A stretch of 64,000 nucleotides of DNA from a phage, in the sequence record NC_094493.1; one strand, 5' to 3'. Positions 9,016 through 18,298 of this stretch are shown one piece after another (the stretch's first letter is position 1; every line of letters starts with the position of its first letter). The notes beneath the pieces are model-generated. The model saw nothing but the letters and a program-made list of their open reading frames with translations, was not told where the DNA came from and made no database searches. The position numbers were made by a program, and so were the translations under genes.

Positions 9016-9261
9016 ATGAACAAAGGGTGGACATTTGTAGACGGCGTTAAAAACATGCCTCTAGGAAAGTATATTGTAGCCATGGCAGATGAGAATGGCA
9101 ATGTGGATTTCGGAGCTTGCGAGGTTGTTCTTGCAGGATCTGGTAACTATGTGGACAAAACCGGGATAATTAACGGTCAGTTCTACTTTGATCACAACCC
9201 TGTTGTAGCGTATATGGCTATGCCAGAGTTCAAGTTCCCAAAGGAGGGTGCAGATGTTTAA
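9016..9261 (+). CDS. hypothetical protein
   Basis: ORF with RBS caggagataaagtt ATG. Confidence 0.5.
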   Translation: MNKGWTFVDGVKNMPLGKYIVAMADENGNVDFGACEVVLAGSGNYVDKTGIINGQFYFDHNPVVAYMAMPEFKFPKEGADV

Positions 9262-9451
9262 GCTTAAATCTGCATGGAACATCGCTGTGGGGGACGAGAT
9301 CCGTATCCCAGGTGGAAAGACCATTATGAAGATATCTCGTATCGAGTACGAAGGTGATCGTGTATTTCATATCTTTGCAGAGGATGGTCGAGAAATTTAT
9401 ATACAGGCAGGCTCTCACATCTATATTCGTAAGAAAGGGGACGACAAATGA
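9254..9451 (+). CDS. hypothetical protein
   Basis: RBS aaggaggg before ATG at 9254. Confidence 0.5.
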   Translation: MFKLKSAWNIAVGDEIRIPGGKTIMKISRIEYEGDRVFHIFAEDGREIYIQAGSHIYIRKKGDDK

Positions 9452-9777
9452 CAGAGATCATCATTTCAACTGCAGGGTATGTGTTCCTGACAATCATTGC
9501 ACTGACCATTCTGGTGGTGGTATATGGAATTGTTATTCTCCCTATTCTTGAGACAATTAGTTTGTGTCGGTGTTGGAGAAAGGCTTACGGTCCACAGCCG
9601 TGGAAGGACTGGCCCCACCTGGTGCACATAGCGTTCTCTTATGCTTATGATCACGCCAGCAGTGCATGCATAACCGGGTATCACGCCCACAACTGGAGCT
9701 GGGAAGGGTTGAGGAAATGGAATGTTACAAAGACCATACCTCTGCGCATGTACAAACCTAAAAACAAAGACAGCTGA
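9448..9777 (+). CDS. putative membrane protein
   Basis: ORF with ATGA overlap; hydrophobic N-terminal helix (AGYVFLTIIALTILVVVYGIVILPIL). Confidence 0.5.
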   Translation: MTEIIISTAGYVFLTIIALTILVVVYGIVILPILETISLCRCWRKAYGPQPWKDWPHLVHIAFSYAYDHASSACITGYHAHNWSWEGLRKWNVTKTIPLRMYKPKNKDS

Positions 9778-9779
9778 TA

Positions 9780-10790
9780 CTTGAAAATTCCTGGCATATC
9801 AAGTATAAGGGGGATTTCTAAAATGGATTTCCTCCTTTTGATATTTCACCGGGCCGGATATTTTAAAATTCTTAGAAAATCAGAAAATGGATCGAAAACT
9901 AAAATGGATTTTTCAGAGTAGGCGCGACAAGCTGAATAACTCATCCTATCGTTTGCACCATATTCCAGGCCACCATTATAGATTTCCCACACATGCTAAC
10001 CTCCCTCTACTAGAACTTCCTCCACTTACCCTTGACCTTCTATGGTAACAATCTAACCACTATCTTGAAGTTGCGGTGCAGCTTTCCAGGTACTCGATCT
10101 ACTTTTCATTTCAGGGCTTGGATTTTCTGAAAATTTTTCTCGATAAATTTCTCAGTACTCGATCTGTTTTTCGTTTTCTGAATCGGATTTTCTGGAAATC
10201 GTTCCGGCTCTCGACCTGAAATTTTTGGGGACGAAATCGATTTTTCGTTTTCAGAAATGGATTTTTAAAATTTCTATATGGGAATATTTTAGTGGATACT
10301 ATTTTATAGGAAATTGTTACGGAGGGTAATTAGCGTGCTAATTAAATTTATTAAATGCGAGGAGTTCTCATTTAGAATTTTGAATGATAATCATTCTCGT
10401 TTGCAGAATAACGGGCAGGCCCGGTGATTGTCTCCCGGCCCCTACTGCCCCGGCTTGTTATTATAGTAACACACAGGACAAAGAAAGCAAGAAGTTTTTG
10501 CATAAATTTTTAGACGATAATGATAATCGTTCTCATTTCATGCAGCGCCCATCCCCGGTGGTTGTCTCCCCCGTCACCGGTGCCTGCCGTCCTTTCGATA
10601 GGTATATTTTGCCACCTGGCGGGGCCGCTGTCAACACTTTTCAAAAAAAAAAAATTCTAACCTGATGCGCTGACCGCTGCAACCTGGCGGGGCCAGCCTG
10701 GCAGGGCCTAACTGACCAGGTAGGAGAGAATGAAGGCTTGCAAACCTGGTGGGCCTATGCTATAGGATAGGTAACAATTGAAGAGGAGGT
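9780..10790. repeat. Repeat-rich non-coding region (iteron-like short repeats, tandem ~60-bp repeats, duplicated ~70-bp units)
   Basis: AAAATGGATTT recurs at least four times; tandem repeats at 10088-10275 (GTACTCGATCT...TTTTCGTTTTC...GGATTTTCTG); two related units 10383-10454 and 10515-10590; CCTGGCGGGGCC recurs. Confidence 0.6.
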
Positions 10791-10796
10791 ACAAAA

Positions 10797-10973
10797 ATGG
10801 AAGGTAATATGATCCCCCTGGAAAATGTAGCTATTAATGACGCTGAGGCTATCGCCCTGGTTGAAAAGGCTATGGCGGGAGCGTTGGAACATAAAGAAGA
10901 GTACGAAAAAATGATGGTTAACCTGGCAGGGGCGGCGGCTGGAGAATTCTACCCAAAAAATAATTTTAACTAA
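10797..10973 (+). CDS. small hypothetical protein
   Basis: 58 aa ORF with strong RBS gaggaggt, 7 nt before the ATG. Confidence 0.35.
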   Translation: MEGNMIPLENVAINDAEAIALVEKAMAGALEHKEEYEKMMVNLAGAAAGEFYPKNNFN

Positions 10974-11058
10974 TGGTTGACAGCTCGGACAGTTCTTGTT
11001 ATTCTTATCCTCGCAAGGTGAACAACACCACACCAATTAACAGAGAGGATAAAAAATC

Positions 11059-11256
11059 ATGAACGCCTACGGAATTAAAGTACGTCGCAACACTCGCCAG
11101 GTGGTCACCAATCAAGTGATTTGCCGGGTGGATGTAACCATCAACAACGGGCAAGGCCTTTATAAATTTCGTCGCGGTCATAGCTATACCCTGCAACAGC
11201 TTAACCGTTGCGCCCTGACAAAAGGTCAGATCAACCACTGGTTTAATAAAAAATAA
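11059..11256 (+). CDS. hypothetical basic protein
   Basis: Own TTGACA promoter (~10977); conserved RBS gaggataaaaaatc ATG. Confidence 0.5.
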   Translation: MNAYGIKVRRNTRQVVTNQVICRVDVTINNGQGLYKFRRGHSYTLQQLNRCALTKGQINHWFNKK

Positions 11257-11319
11257 TGTTGACATATGGTCTGACACAAAATACACTGAAATCGCAAAAG
11301 ACACTAAGAGGATAAAATC

Positions 11320-11718
11320 ATGAAAACCACTACCTTTAATTTTGATAATGCGGACTTTTCTTTTTCTGATGTCAAGAACTGCCGCCGTGATCGTGGATTT
11401 TACAAGTCTTATAATCTGGTGGGCCTGGACGATGACAATAATTTGCACGAAGTAGCTGAGATCCGGTATTATGCCGCCGCCAGTGGTAACACTCACTACT
11501 GCGTGTTTTGGATTCACGACAACAAGAACAATAAGTACGGTTATACTGGCGGCAAGGCGAGCGGTCACGGTTACGATAAAGCTAACGCAGCACTTGAGAG
11601 TGCATTAAATGCTATGGAGATCACTGCCGACGGCTGGATCTACGAAGAAGAGTTTTTGTCGGCACTTGCTGACCACCTGGGCTATAAAAAGCACATTGTG
11701 ACATGCGCCCACGAATAA
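11320..11718 (+). CDS. hypothetical protein
   Basis: Promoter TTGACA ~11258; RBS gaggataaaatc ATG. Confidence 0.55.
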   Translation: MKTTTFNFDNADFSFSDVKNCRRDRGFYKSYNLVGLDDDNNLHEVAEIRYYAAASGNTHYCVFWIHDNKNNKYGYTGGKASGHGYDKANAALESALNAMEITADGWIYEEEFLSALADHLGYKKHIVTCAHE

Positions 11719-11800
11719 AAATCATTGACACGCTGCAAAATTTAAGTAAACTAGACACAAAAGGCGGGAATGTTTCCCGCCAGCACAAAGGAAAAAGATC

Positions 11801-12205
11801 ATGAATAAGAACGTACGCCGCATCATGAACGAACTGGCAAACGATGAAAAAATTATTGACATGCACTTAGTGAACATTTGCCGCCGTTGTGTAACCTATA
11901 ACAACCGCGCCGCAAAAGCGCGTGAGATGAACGCAAAAGGCACCTTAAAGCCCTTCCAGGTGGTGGTAAAGGCCATTAAAGATGTAGCTAATACGGCAAA
12001 CCAGGTACAGGGGAACACCAACGAGAGTACCAATATTGATCCGGCTTACATCATGAAACGGATCCGGACCTGCAAGAACAAAGAGCAAGTGTATAACGTC
12101 ATAGACTGGTTGGATTCCATGGGCGACGTGGTTTATAATAGGTTTTCTGCAGCCATTGAGATCCAGCTAGACAGGTTGGACGGGAAAGTACTAAAAACTT
12201 ATTGA
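11801..12205 (+). CDS. hypothetical protein
   Basis: Promoter TTGACA ~11727; leader hairpin ggcgggaatgtttcccgcc (11763-11781); RBS. Confidence 0.55.
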   Translation: MNKNVRRIMNELANDEKIIDMHLVNICRRCVTYNNRAAKAREMNAKGTLKPFQVVVKAIKDVANTANQVQGNTNESTNIDPAYIMKRIRTCKNKEQVYNVIDWLDSMGDVVYNRFSAAIEIQLDRLDGKVLKTY

Positions 12206-12208
12206 GTT

Positions 12209-12252
12209 TATTTTTAGATGGCCTTGACTCCAGGGCCATCGATAAAGTAAAC
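12209..12252 (+). repeat. Conserved ~45-bp intergenic hairpin element, copy 1
   Basis: TATTTTTAGATGGCCTTGACTCCAGGGCCATCGATAAAGTAAAC; inverted repeat GATGGCC/GGCCATC around TTGACT; near-identical copies at 12829 and 16571. Confidence 0.6.
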
Positions 12253-12285
12253 TAATCTCAGTTAAGCGAAAAAGGGGGCTTTAAG

Positions 12286-12405
12286 ATGGGCACTACACGC
12301 CAATACACAAAGGTAACTATTATCGTCTGCGTTGTCGGTTACATCCTGGCGCAAATGTTAATGAGTAGCGCTAACAGTTTTGCAAAATTTTTCTTAAATT
12401 TTTAA
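12286..12405 (+). CDS. small hydrophobic peptide (39 aa)
   Basis: ATG after RBS aaaggggg; predicted single transmembrane helix; below ORF-track size cut-off. Confidence 0.3.
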   Translation: MGTTRQYTKVTIIVCVVGYILAQMLMSSANSFAKFFLNF

Positions 12406-12434
12406 TTGACAAGCTAACTTAGATCGGTATACTT
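12406..12434 (+). promoter_or_regulatory. sigma70-like promoter
   Basis: TTGACA, ~16-17 bp spacer, TATACT; followed by leader hairpin and RBS of gene 12485. Confidence 0.5.
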
Positions 12435-12484
12435 AAACCCGTAAACGGGAAAACTTCCCAGAACACACAAAAGGAGAAAACACC

Positions 12485-12826
12485 ATGACCACTATGACCG
12501 CCGCAGAAAAAGCTATTCAGGTTGCCGCACTGAAAAAACAGATCGCAGACCTTGAGAACAAGATCGATACCTTTGAAATCGACGAGGACAAGTACGACGA
12601 AAACTATGATGAATGGTTAGACGAGATCTACGGCGAAATCATGATCGGAAACATTTCTTTTCTTCCGTCGCGTATCCTCAAGGAGCTAGATCCTATCGCT
12701 TACCGCTGCGGATTTAGCGACTACATCGACAGCCTGGATATTGAGGACGATGAAGAATACCAGGAATTACAGACAGAGTTAGAAGAAGCAAAAGAAGAGC
12801 TTGCGGAGCTGGAAGAAAACGAGTAA
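12485..12826 (+). CDS. hypothetical acidic coiled-coil protein
   Basis: Promoter, hairpin leader, RBS aaaggagaaaacacc ATG; highly acidic. Confidence 0.55.
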   Translation: MTTMTAAEKAIQVAALKKQIADLENKIDTFEIDEDKYDENYDEWLDEIYGEIMIGNISFLPSRILKELDPIAYRCGFSDYIDSLDIEDDEEYQELQTELEEAKEELAELEENE

Positions 12827-12828
12827 GA

Positions 12829-12873
12829 TTATTTTTAGATGGCCTTGACTCCAGGGCCATCAATAAAGTAAAC
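12829..12873 (+). repeat. Conserved ~45-bp intergenic hairpin element, copy 2
   Basis: Near-identical to 12209-12252, placed directly after a stop codon. Confidence 0.6.
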
Positions 12874-12915
12874 TTTATACTGTTAACACTGAACTAATGC
12901 ATAGGAGTTAAAACC

Positions 12916-13161
12916 ATGGCAGCACTAATCACCAAATATTATGCCCCTACCAACACCAAAAGCGCCCGTATCATGGTAAAAGGCTTCGGACGTAAAAAGG
13001 TTTACACCTGGGATTATGCCTTAGACACGGAAGACAACTACACCAACGCGATGACAGATTTTATTAATGAGCTGAACACGCGGATCTTGACAAATTATAA
13101 AATTACCGATATTGCCTATATAGGGGAAGGCGGGATCTGTTTTGTCGGTATCGTCAAATAA
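12916..13161 (+). CDS. hypothetical protein
   Basis: RBS/start region ataggagttaaaaccatggc identical to that of gene 17188. Confidence 0.55.
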   Translation: MAALITKYYAPTNTKSARIMVKGFGRKKVYTWDYALDTEDNYTNAMTDFINELNTRILTNYKITDIAYIGEGGICFVGIVK

Positions 13162-13236
13162 ACTGTTTTTTCGGTGGTCCTGGTAGCAGGGCCATCTATA
13201 AAGATAGTTTATCAATACAATGAAAGGAGAAAGTAC

Positions 13237-13590
13237 ATGATCAGCGGGGCAAGTTTTATTATTGGCGCTATTGCTACGGCTTTAATTGTAAACAAGATCC
13301 AATCTAAAAATGAAAAAGAGAGCAACGCGCTCACAGAATACCCATTTTGGGTATTCAACGACAATGAAGACTACATTATCAAGTACAAGAATGAGAAGGG
13401 CGACCAGGTAACACCGCGACCGATCCCAGCTTACAAGATGCAAGAAACACTATACCGCCTAAAGGCTGGAGGCGCAAAAATCGTAGACTTTTGGGGATAT
13501 GATTGCAAGGATCAGGAGGTTATAAAGCGCCGTATCCGGGCTATTCAGGCCAATATTGAAGTTAGCAAGGGGGGAATATATGAAGATTAA
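13237..13590 (+). CDS. hypothetical protein with N-terminal transmembrane helix
   Basis: RBS aaaggagaaagtac ATG; preceded by a degenerate copy of the 45-bp element (13168-13205). Confidence 0.5.
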   Translation: MISGASFIIGAIATALIVNKIQSKNEKESNALTEYPFWVFNDNEDYIIKYKNEKGDQVTPRPIPAYKMQETLYRLKAGGAKIVDFWGYDCKDQEVIKRRIRAIQANIEVSKGGIYED

Positions 13591-13777
13591 TTTTGAGAAG
13601 ATTGTAAAGCGATCTCATGATTCCAAAGAGCTGCCGGAACGACGCCAGCGCAACAATAAACTGAATAAGCCAAAAAGATTTGGGAAGATCTGGCGGAATC
13701 ATTATGATCGTAAATTGCCGGGCCTACTTTTGGAACGTGAACGACAGGCGGAACGATACCGCCACAAAGGCAAATAA
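13580..13777 (+). CDS. hypothetical basic protein
   Basis: RBS aaggggggaatat ATG; R/K-rich; followed by terminator. Confidence 0.4.
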   Translation: MKINFEKIVKRSHDSKELPERRQRNNKLNKPKRFGKIWRNHYDRKLPGLLLERERQAERYRHKGK

Positions 13778-13784
13778 CAACCAA

Positions 13785-13812
13785 CGCCCCGCCATTGTGC
13801 GGGGCTTTTTTA
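13785..13812 (+). terminator. Intrinsic terminator
   Basis: Hairpin cgccccgccattgtgcggggc followed by TTTTTT. Confidence 0.6.
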
Positions 13813-14023
13813 TTTCTATCCTACGAATAGCGCCCCTGGTTGGCCCTGTAAACGCCATAAAAGCCCCTACCTATGCAATCCCCTTTCTTAACCTGAAAAC
13901 AGCGTCTAGGGCCGTTTTATGGCGTTAAAAATGTTATTGACAGTGATTTTATTTAAAGCTTGACACCTTGGAATAGTCCGGATATACTGACCACATCAAA
14001 GCAAGAAGGAAGGAGTAAACGCC

Positions 14024-14284
14024 ATGCGTAAATTGAAAAATTTTGATAAGGTAGATGTAGTACTGAATAATTTTTACTACTGCAATAATAAAGCCGTTTG
14101 GTGGCGTGATAGTTCCACCGATAAAGTTAAGGCGCGCTTTCTCCAAGGGCACTGGCAAGGCCGTCCAGTGATTAAAATCATGGGGCAATTGGTAGCGTTT
14201 AAAAATTGCCGCCGTGTTGATGACGTTGAAGAGATTTTAAGCATTTTGCGCCACAATAATTTAAAAAATAGTGTTGACAAGTAA
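14024..14284 (+). CDS. hypothetical protein
   Basis: Promoter-like TTGACA at ~13938/13962; RBS aaggaagga. Confidence 0.5.
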   Translation: MRKLKNFDKVDVVLNNFYYCNNKAVWWRDSSTDKVKARFLQGHWQGRPVIKIMGQLVAFKNCRRVDDVEEILSILRHNNLKNSVDK

Positions 14285-14300
14285 ATCTCGATAAGTATAC
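14273..14300 (+). promoter_or_regulatory. sigma70-like promoter
   Basis: TTGACA, 16 bp spacer, TATACT; leader begins with hairpin ggcgggaaaacttcccgcc (14311-14329). Confidence 0.5.
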
Positions 14301-14358
14301 TTAAACACACAGGCGGGAAAACTTCCCGCCACTAACAAAGAAAATAGGAGAAAATATC

Positions 14359-14982
14359 ATGACCACCGTTAACATTACCACAGGTTACAATTTATCTTTC
14401 GACGTGCTGACCGATGAACAAAAAGAAAAAGCTATTGAAATGGTCCGCGAAAGAGAAGAACACAGCGGGGATAACTTTTTTGCAGAAAGTGTAATTGAAG
14501 ACTATAAAGAACATATCTTTCCAGAGTATGGCCTTGAAGATACCAAGGTACATTGGTCCGGCTTTTGGTGCCAGGGCGACGGCGCGTCAATCAGTGCGGA
14601 AAACGTGGATTTAGAAAAATTCTTGCGTAAAGTCAAGTCTCTGACTAAATTCCGCTCAATTCGTCACTTGTTCGGCACAATGCACGATGGCGAGCTATCC
14701 GCAAGTGTTGAGCGTGATCCATATAGCCGCTATAGTCACGAAAACACTGTAAGCGGGTACATCGATACTACATGGCTAGACCTGACAGCCAAGCAAGAAA
14801 GTAAGGTTGAAGAGCTGGAAGAGCTGATCACCGAGACGGTACGGGAGCTATCCCGCAAGGTTTATGTAGACCTGGAGGAGGCCTATCTTGAACAGTTTAC
14901 TACCGAAAACCTGATCGGCCTTATTGAAGCCAATGATTGGCGGTTTAATGTGGATGAATATGGGGAGATGAGTTTTTCATAA
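14359..14982 (+). CDS. hypothetical acidic protein
   Basis: 207 aa ORF behind promoter, leader hairpin and RBS ataggagaaaatatc ATG. Confidence 0.6.
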   Translation: MTTVNITTGYNLSFDVLTDEQKEKAIEMVREREEHSGDNFFAESVIEDYKEHIFPEYGLEDTKVHWSGFWCQGDGASISAENVDLEKFLRKVKSLTKFRSIRHLFGTMHDGELSASVERDPYSRYSHENTVSGYIDTTWLDLTAKQESKVEELEELITETVRELSRKVYVDLEEAYLEQFTTENLIGLIEANDWRFNVDEYGEMSFS

Positions 14983-15071
14983 ATAAAGTGTTGCAATAAT
15001 CTAAAAACCTGCTATATTAAAACTCAAGGGGCGAGATGACTTGCCCCACACAAAACAAAGAGGAAAACATC

Positions 15072-15452
15072 ATGAAAAACACCACCAAGGCTATTGACAC
15101 CGTTATGTTTAACCTGGTTACATTCCGTGAAGATATGAAAGATCTTCCACGTGAAACTGTGTGCGACCATATCGAAAACTATCGCAAACTAATCAAAGAG
15201 TTGCCTTTAAAACGTGACCAATATGCGGCTAACGCTATGCTTAACGCCATGATCAAAAAGATGATTCAGTGTGATTTAACTCTGGCCTATGATTATGCAG
15301 GTGGTCGTTTTGCAGTATACAATCAGCCCGTGCCTGGTATGAGCACCACCGAAGAATTGCACGCGCTCAATCTAAAACAAGATGTGTGGGATAGTATGCC
15401 CCGCGTGGTGGTATGGGTAGAAAGCGGAAAGATTTACGGCGATAATTTTTAA
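15072..15452 (+). CDS. hypothetical protein
   Basis: Leader hairpin ggggcgagatgacttgcccc (15028-15047); RBS gaggaaaacatc ATG. Confidence 0.55.
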   Translation: MKNTTKAIDTVMFNLVTFREDMKDLPRETVCDHIENYRKLIKELPLKRDQYAANAMLNAMIKKMIQCDLTLAYDYAGGRFAVYNQPVPGMSTTEELHALNLKQDVWDSMPRVVVWVESGKIYGDNF

Positions 15453-15462
15453 TCAGGTAACA

Positions 15463-15491
15463 GGCGGCGGCATATTTGCCGCCTTATTGTT
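15463..15491 (+). terminator. Putative intrinsic terminator
   Basis: Hairpin ggcggcggcatatttgccgcc followed by a T-rich tract. Confidence 0.45.
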
Positions 15492-15519
15492 AATCAGAAC
15501 TGTAAAAGAGGTACATAGA

Positions 15520-15891
15520 ATGGAATTTATTATTTTGGCTATATTAGTTGCCTTGTTTAACGCCTGGATCGCTGGCAAGATGGGCAGATCCGCCTTTTTA
15601 TGGTTTATTATATCTATTTTCCTGGGAGTGGTTGCAACTATTGTATTGGTTATCCTTGCAATTGTTGACAAGGGGAATAATAGAAAGGGTAAAGTATTTT
15701 CAGACCTGTACGACGCTCAAACATTTGTCAACGCCTACTACAGCGATCTTCCAGTCTCCCTACGTTGCAGCCTTGCACAACAGGTTTTCGATGAAGCTAA
15801 AACCAGAGATCACGCCCATGAGATTTGTTTAACTGAGGCGGATCGCCTATTTGAGAGGAATAGAAAATATGTGGACCAGCCGTTTAAATAA
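15520..15891 (+). CDS. putative membrane protein
   Basis: RBS aaagaggtacatag ATG; two predicted transmembrane helices followed by a soluble C-terminal domain. Confidence 0.5.
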   Translation: MEFIILAILVALFNAWIAGKMGRSAFLWFIISIFLGVVATIVLVILAIVDKGNNRKGKVFSDLYDAQTFVNAYYSDLPVSLRCSLAQQVFDEAKTRDHAHEICLTEADRLFERNRKYVDQPFK

Positions 15892-16090
15892 TGCCACGTT
15901 AATTAATCCCTTTAGTGAAGATTTGAAGCCAGCCGCCTGGCGCGATGGATTCAATAACGAAAGCTTTATTTTCAGGCCTGATCTTAAGGAATTTTATAAC
16001 AATGGATCGAACAACGACAGAGATAATTTTTCTTGTAATGTGCGTGGTGATAATACTCCTGGGGGCCATTGCAAACCACGTCACTGCTAA
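15869..16090 (+). CDS. hypothetical protein
   Basis: ORF overlapping upstream gene end, RBS gagga; frame assignment uncertain; other small transmembrane-peptide ORFs overlap here. Confidence 0.3.
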   Translation: MWTSRLNNATLINPFSEDLKPAAWRDGFNNESFIFRPDLKEFYNNGSNNDRDNFSCNVRGDNTPGGHCKPRHC

Positions 16091-16234
16091 CAGGAGGGAA
16101 GGGGGAGACGATGACAACCAAGGATAAGCCCCGCACCGATAAGGTGCGCCGTGTTATGGTATGGCTTGAGATCATCGCCCTTGAAATATTGTTAGGCGTA
16201 GGGATGTACTTTATCGCTGTAAGTAACTGATAAC

Positions 16235-16265
16235 GGCCCCCAATCCCTGGGGGCTTAACTTTTTC
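16235..16265 (+). terminator. Intrinsic terminator
   Basis: Hairpin ggcccccaatccctgggggc followed by a T-rich tract. Confidence 0.55.
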
Positions 16266-16366
16266 AAAAATTTTTCTTCCCGGGTGTTGCAATCCGGTCC
16301 GGAATATGGATAATAACAATCAACGGGGAGCAATCCCCACCACAAAGACTAGAAAGGAGAAACAAA

Positions 16367-16567
16367 ATGAGCAATAATATCCGCGTTATTAACTTCAAAA
16401 AAGAAGAAAAAATTGCCGTGCTGATTGACGGTCAAGAAATCTTTAAAGGTGATTATGAAGATCATCAAACGGCGATTAGTATCACTCGCGTGATTGGTTA
16501 CCACAATTTTTACCCTCAAGGCGCTGAGGCAGCAGTAAAACGAATTAAAGAGATTGTAGGCCTGTAA
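16367..16567 (+). CDS. hypothetical protein
   Basis: Promoter-like TTGCAA ~16287; leader hairpin ggggagcaatcccc; RBS aaaggagaaacaaa ATG. Confidence 0.5.
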   Translation: MSNNIRVINFKKEEKIAVLIDGQEIFKGDYEDHQTAISITRVIGYHNFYPQGAEAAVKRIKEIVGL

Positions 16568-16570
16568 AAT

Positions 16571-16614
16571 TTATTTTTAGATGGCCTTGACTCCAGGGCC
16601 ATCGATAAAGTAAA
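16571..16614 (+). repeat. Conserved ~45-bp intergenic hairpin element, copy 3
   Basis: Near-identical to copies at 12209 and 12829. Confidence 0.6.
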
Positions 16615-16658
16615 TTTAAACCCTGTTAAAATAATCAGTGCAAAAAGGAGTAATGATC

Positions 16659-16958
16659 ATGTTTATCCAGGCTAATAATCTTTATTTCTTTGATGGTCAG
16701 ATCGTAGACGGCGTGGAAGTAGAGATCACTGGGTGCCCCGGTGGTCAGGCTATGATGTTCCGTAATAATGCCTTTGATGATCCCTGTATCCTCCTGGCGA
16801 TGGAAGTTACCAAGCTGGATGATAAGAAAACGCTGATTGACTATTCTATTAAAGATCATCCTGATTATCATATGATTCATGGCGATCTGTGTATCGTTGA
16901 CCGTGACAAGGTGGGCGGCATTGTGATCGCTATTGTGAACGATGTTTTCTCTAAATAA
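16659..16958 (+). CDS. hypothetical protein
   Basis: RBS aaaggagtaatgatc ATG at 16659. Confidence 0.5.
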   Translation: MFIQANNLYFFDGQIVDGVEVEITGCPGGQAMMFRNNAFDDPCILLAMEVTKLDDKKTLIDYSIKDHPDYHMIHGDLCIVDRDKVGGIVIAIVNDVFSK

Positions 16959-17187
16959 TTCCGGCAAATGATGCAAAATAAGGCCCCTGGCAGGGCCTGC
17001 AGCGATATAATCACATAAAGGCTATGCGGTTGCATGGCCTTTATTATTTTAGCGTTACAGCTGCCCCCAAGGCGCTTAAAAAATTTTTAAAGAAGTACTT
17101 GCATCAAGTCCTACAATATGGATAATAAAGGGTGTCGGGGGGCGGTGAGGCCTCCAATCATTAACCAGATAGATAGGAGTTAAAACC

Positions 17188-17472
17188 ATGGCTATTGTTA
17201 CCGTTGGCGATGTAGTAGAAATGGAAGCCAAATACTTAAAAGCGGGTATGCATATCATACGGAATGATCAAGAATTGTTATTAACCATGGTTGAATATAA
17301 TCCCGGTCAGGATTATCCTAGCGTTGACTACTTTTTCCAGTATGTTGATGAAGAATTAAAAGAGGATGAGGCTTATCAGGGTGAATTTTGTAATTTCTTT
17401 TGCCCTGATGAGGTTGTAAAAGTTATTTATCAACCTGGCGTACCTTTCCCGTTGCACGCCATCAATAAATAA
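17188..17472 (+). CDS. hypothetical protein
   Basis: Promoter-like TTGCAT ~17098; RBS/start region identical to gene 12916. Confidence 0.55.
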   Translation: MAIVTVGDVVEMEAKYLKAGMHIIRNDQELLLTMVEYNPGQDYPSVDYFFQYVDEELKEDEAYQGEFCNFFCPDEVVKVIYQPGVPFPLHAINK

Positions 17473-17534
17473 GCCTGGCGGGGCCGAAAAGGCCCCTCCT
17501 GAAATTATGAAAAAATAAAGAGGGGTAAATCATC

Positions 17535-17762
17535 ATGATTGAACAAGTTAAACGCGCCGAGGCTATTAATGGCAATGTGATCTATTTTGTCAGCAAAAAC
17601 GAAAAAGTACCATATGCGGCGGTAATAGTACAGCCTGACGGCAATTATTGGTTTACTGTATACGGATCTTATTCTTTTGGGCGTCCGGTGCATGATAGAA
17701 TTTTGAAAGTAGCGAACCCTACCGGGAAGAATATCACAGCAGAAAAATTTTTTGAAAAATAG
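17535..17762 (+). CDS. hypothetical protein
   Basis: RBS aagaggggtaaatcatc ATG. Confidence 0.5.
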   Translation: MIEQVKRAEAINGNVIYFVSKNEKVPYAAVIVQPDGNYWFTVYGSYSFGRPVHDRILKVANPTGKNITAEKFFEK

Positions 17763-17793
17763 TTGACATGACCGTATAAGACTGTAGTATATA
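17763..17793 (+). promoter_or_regulatory. sigma70-like promoter
   Basis: TTGACA, then TATATA-like -10; leader hairpin gggggcaagcccc follows. Confidence 0.45.
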
Positions 17794-17838
17794 AATCAAA
17801 GGGGGCAAGCCCCACCAACCACAAAGAGGATAAAAACC

Positions 17839-18018
17839 ATGGCTATTATTGCAAAGACCGAGATTGTAGGGTTAGATTCTATTCTCCTGGCATATGAGGA
17901 AGCTATAGAAATGTATGTGGTTTCCTACGGTGAATATATCCGTGAATATAAATCTGTTGATCTAGCTTTTGAATGTTATATTCGCCAGGTCAATAAAGCA
18001 TATGATGATTATCGTTAA
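17839..18018 (+). CDS. small hypothetical protein (59 aa)
   Basis: Conserved RBS aagaggataaaaacc ATG behind promoter and hairpin; below ORF-track size cut-off. Confidence 0.4.
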   Translation: MAIIAKTEIVGLDSILLAYEEAIEMYVVSYGEYIREYKSVDLAFECYIRQVNKAYDDYR

Positions 18019-18103
18019 AATAGTTTGACAACAATTATAAATCGGGTAGAATGTATTTCGTAGGGCGGCAATGATGCCGCTCACAACTAGAAGAGGGGTC
18101 ATC

Positions 18104-18298
18104 ATGGCGCTTAAAAAACTAACAAGCAATACTCGTTGGGATGAAATCGACGGGGAAGTTTACATTTTCGCCCGTAAACCAGGGGATCAAAAATGGTCAA
18201 AGGCTTTTACTTGCCACCCTGCAACAATAGACCTGATAAAAAGGGAAGGTCTACGTGAAGCAGTATCAAGAAGCCTACTGATCCCTTGTAAAAAATAG
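18104..18298 (+). CDS. hypothetical protein
   Basis: Promoter TTGACA ~18026; leader hairpin gcggcaatgatgccgc; RBS gaggggtcatc ATG. Confidence 0.45.
   Translation: MALKKLTSNTRWDEIDGEVYIFARKPGDQKWSKAFTCHPATIDLIKREGLREAVSRSLLIPCKK

Noticed and set aside
10384-10665. 93 aa ORF on the + strand
   Set aside because: It is built from the duplicated repeat units and a poly-A/poly-T run in the non-coding spacer, with no RBS.
11005-11568. 187 aa ORF on the - strand
   Set aside because: It runs antisense across three well-supported + strand genes with their own promoters and RBSs, has no RBS of its own and a low-complexity composition; most likely spurious.
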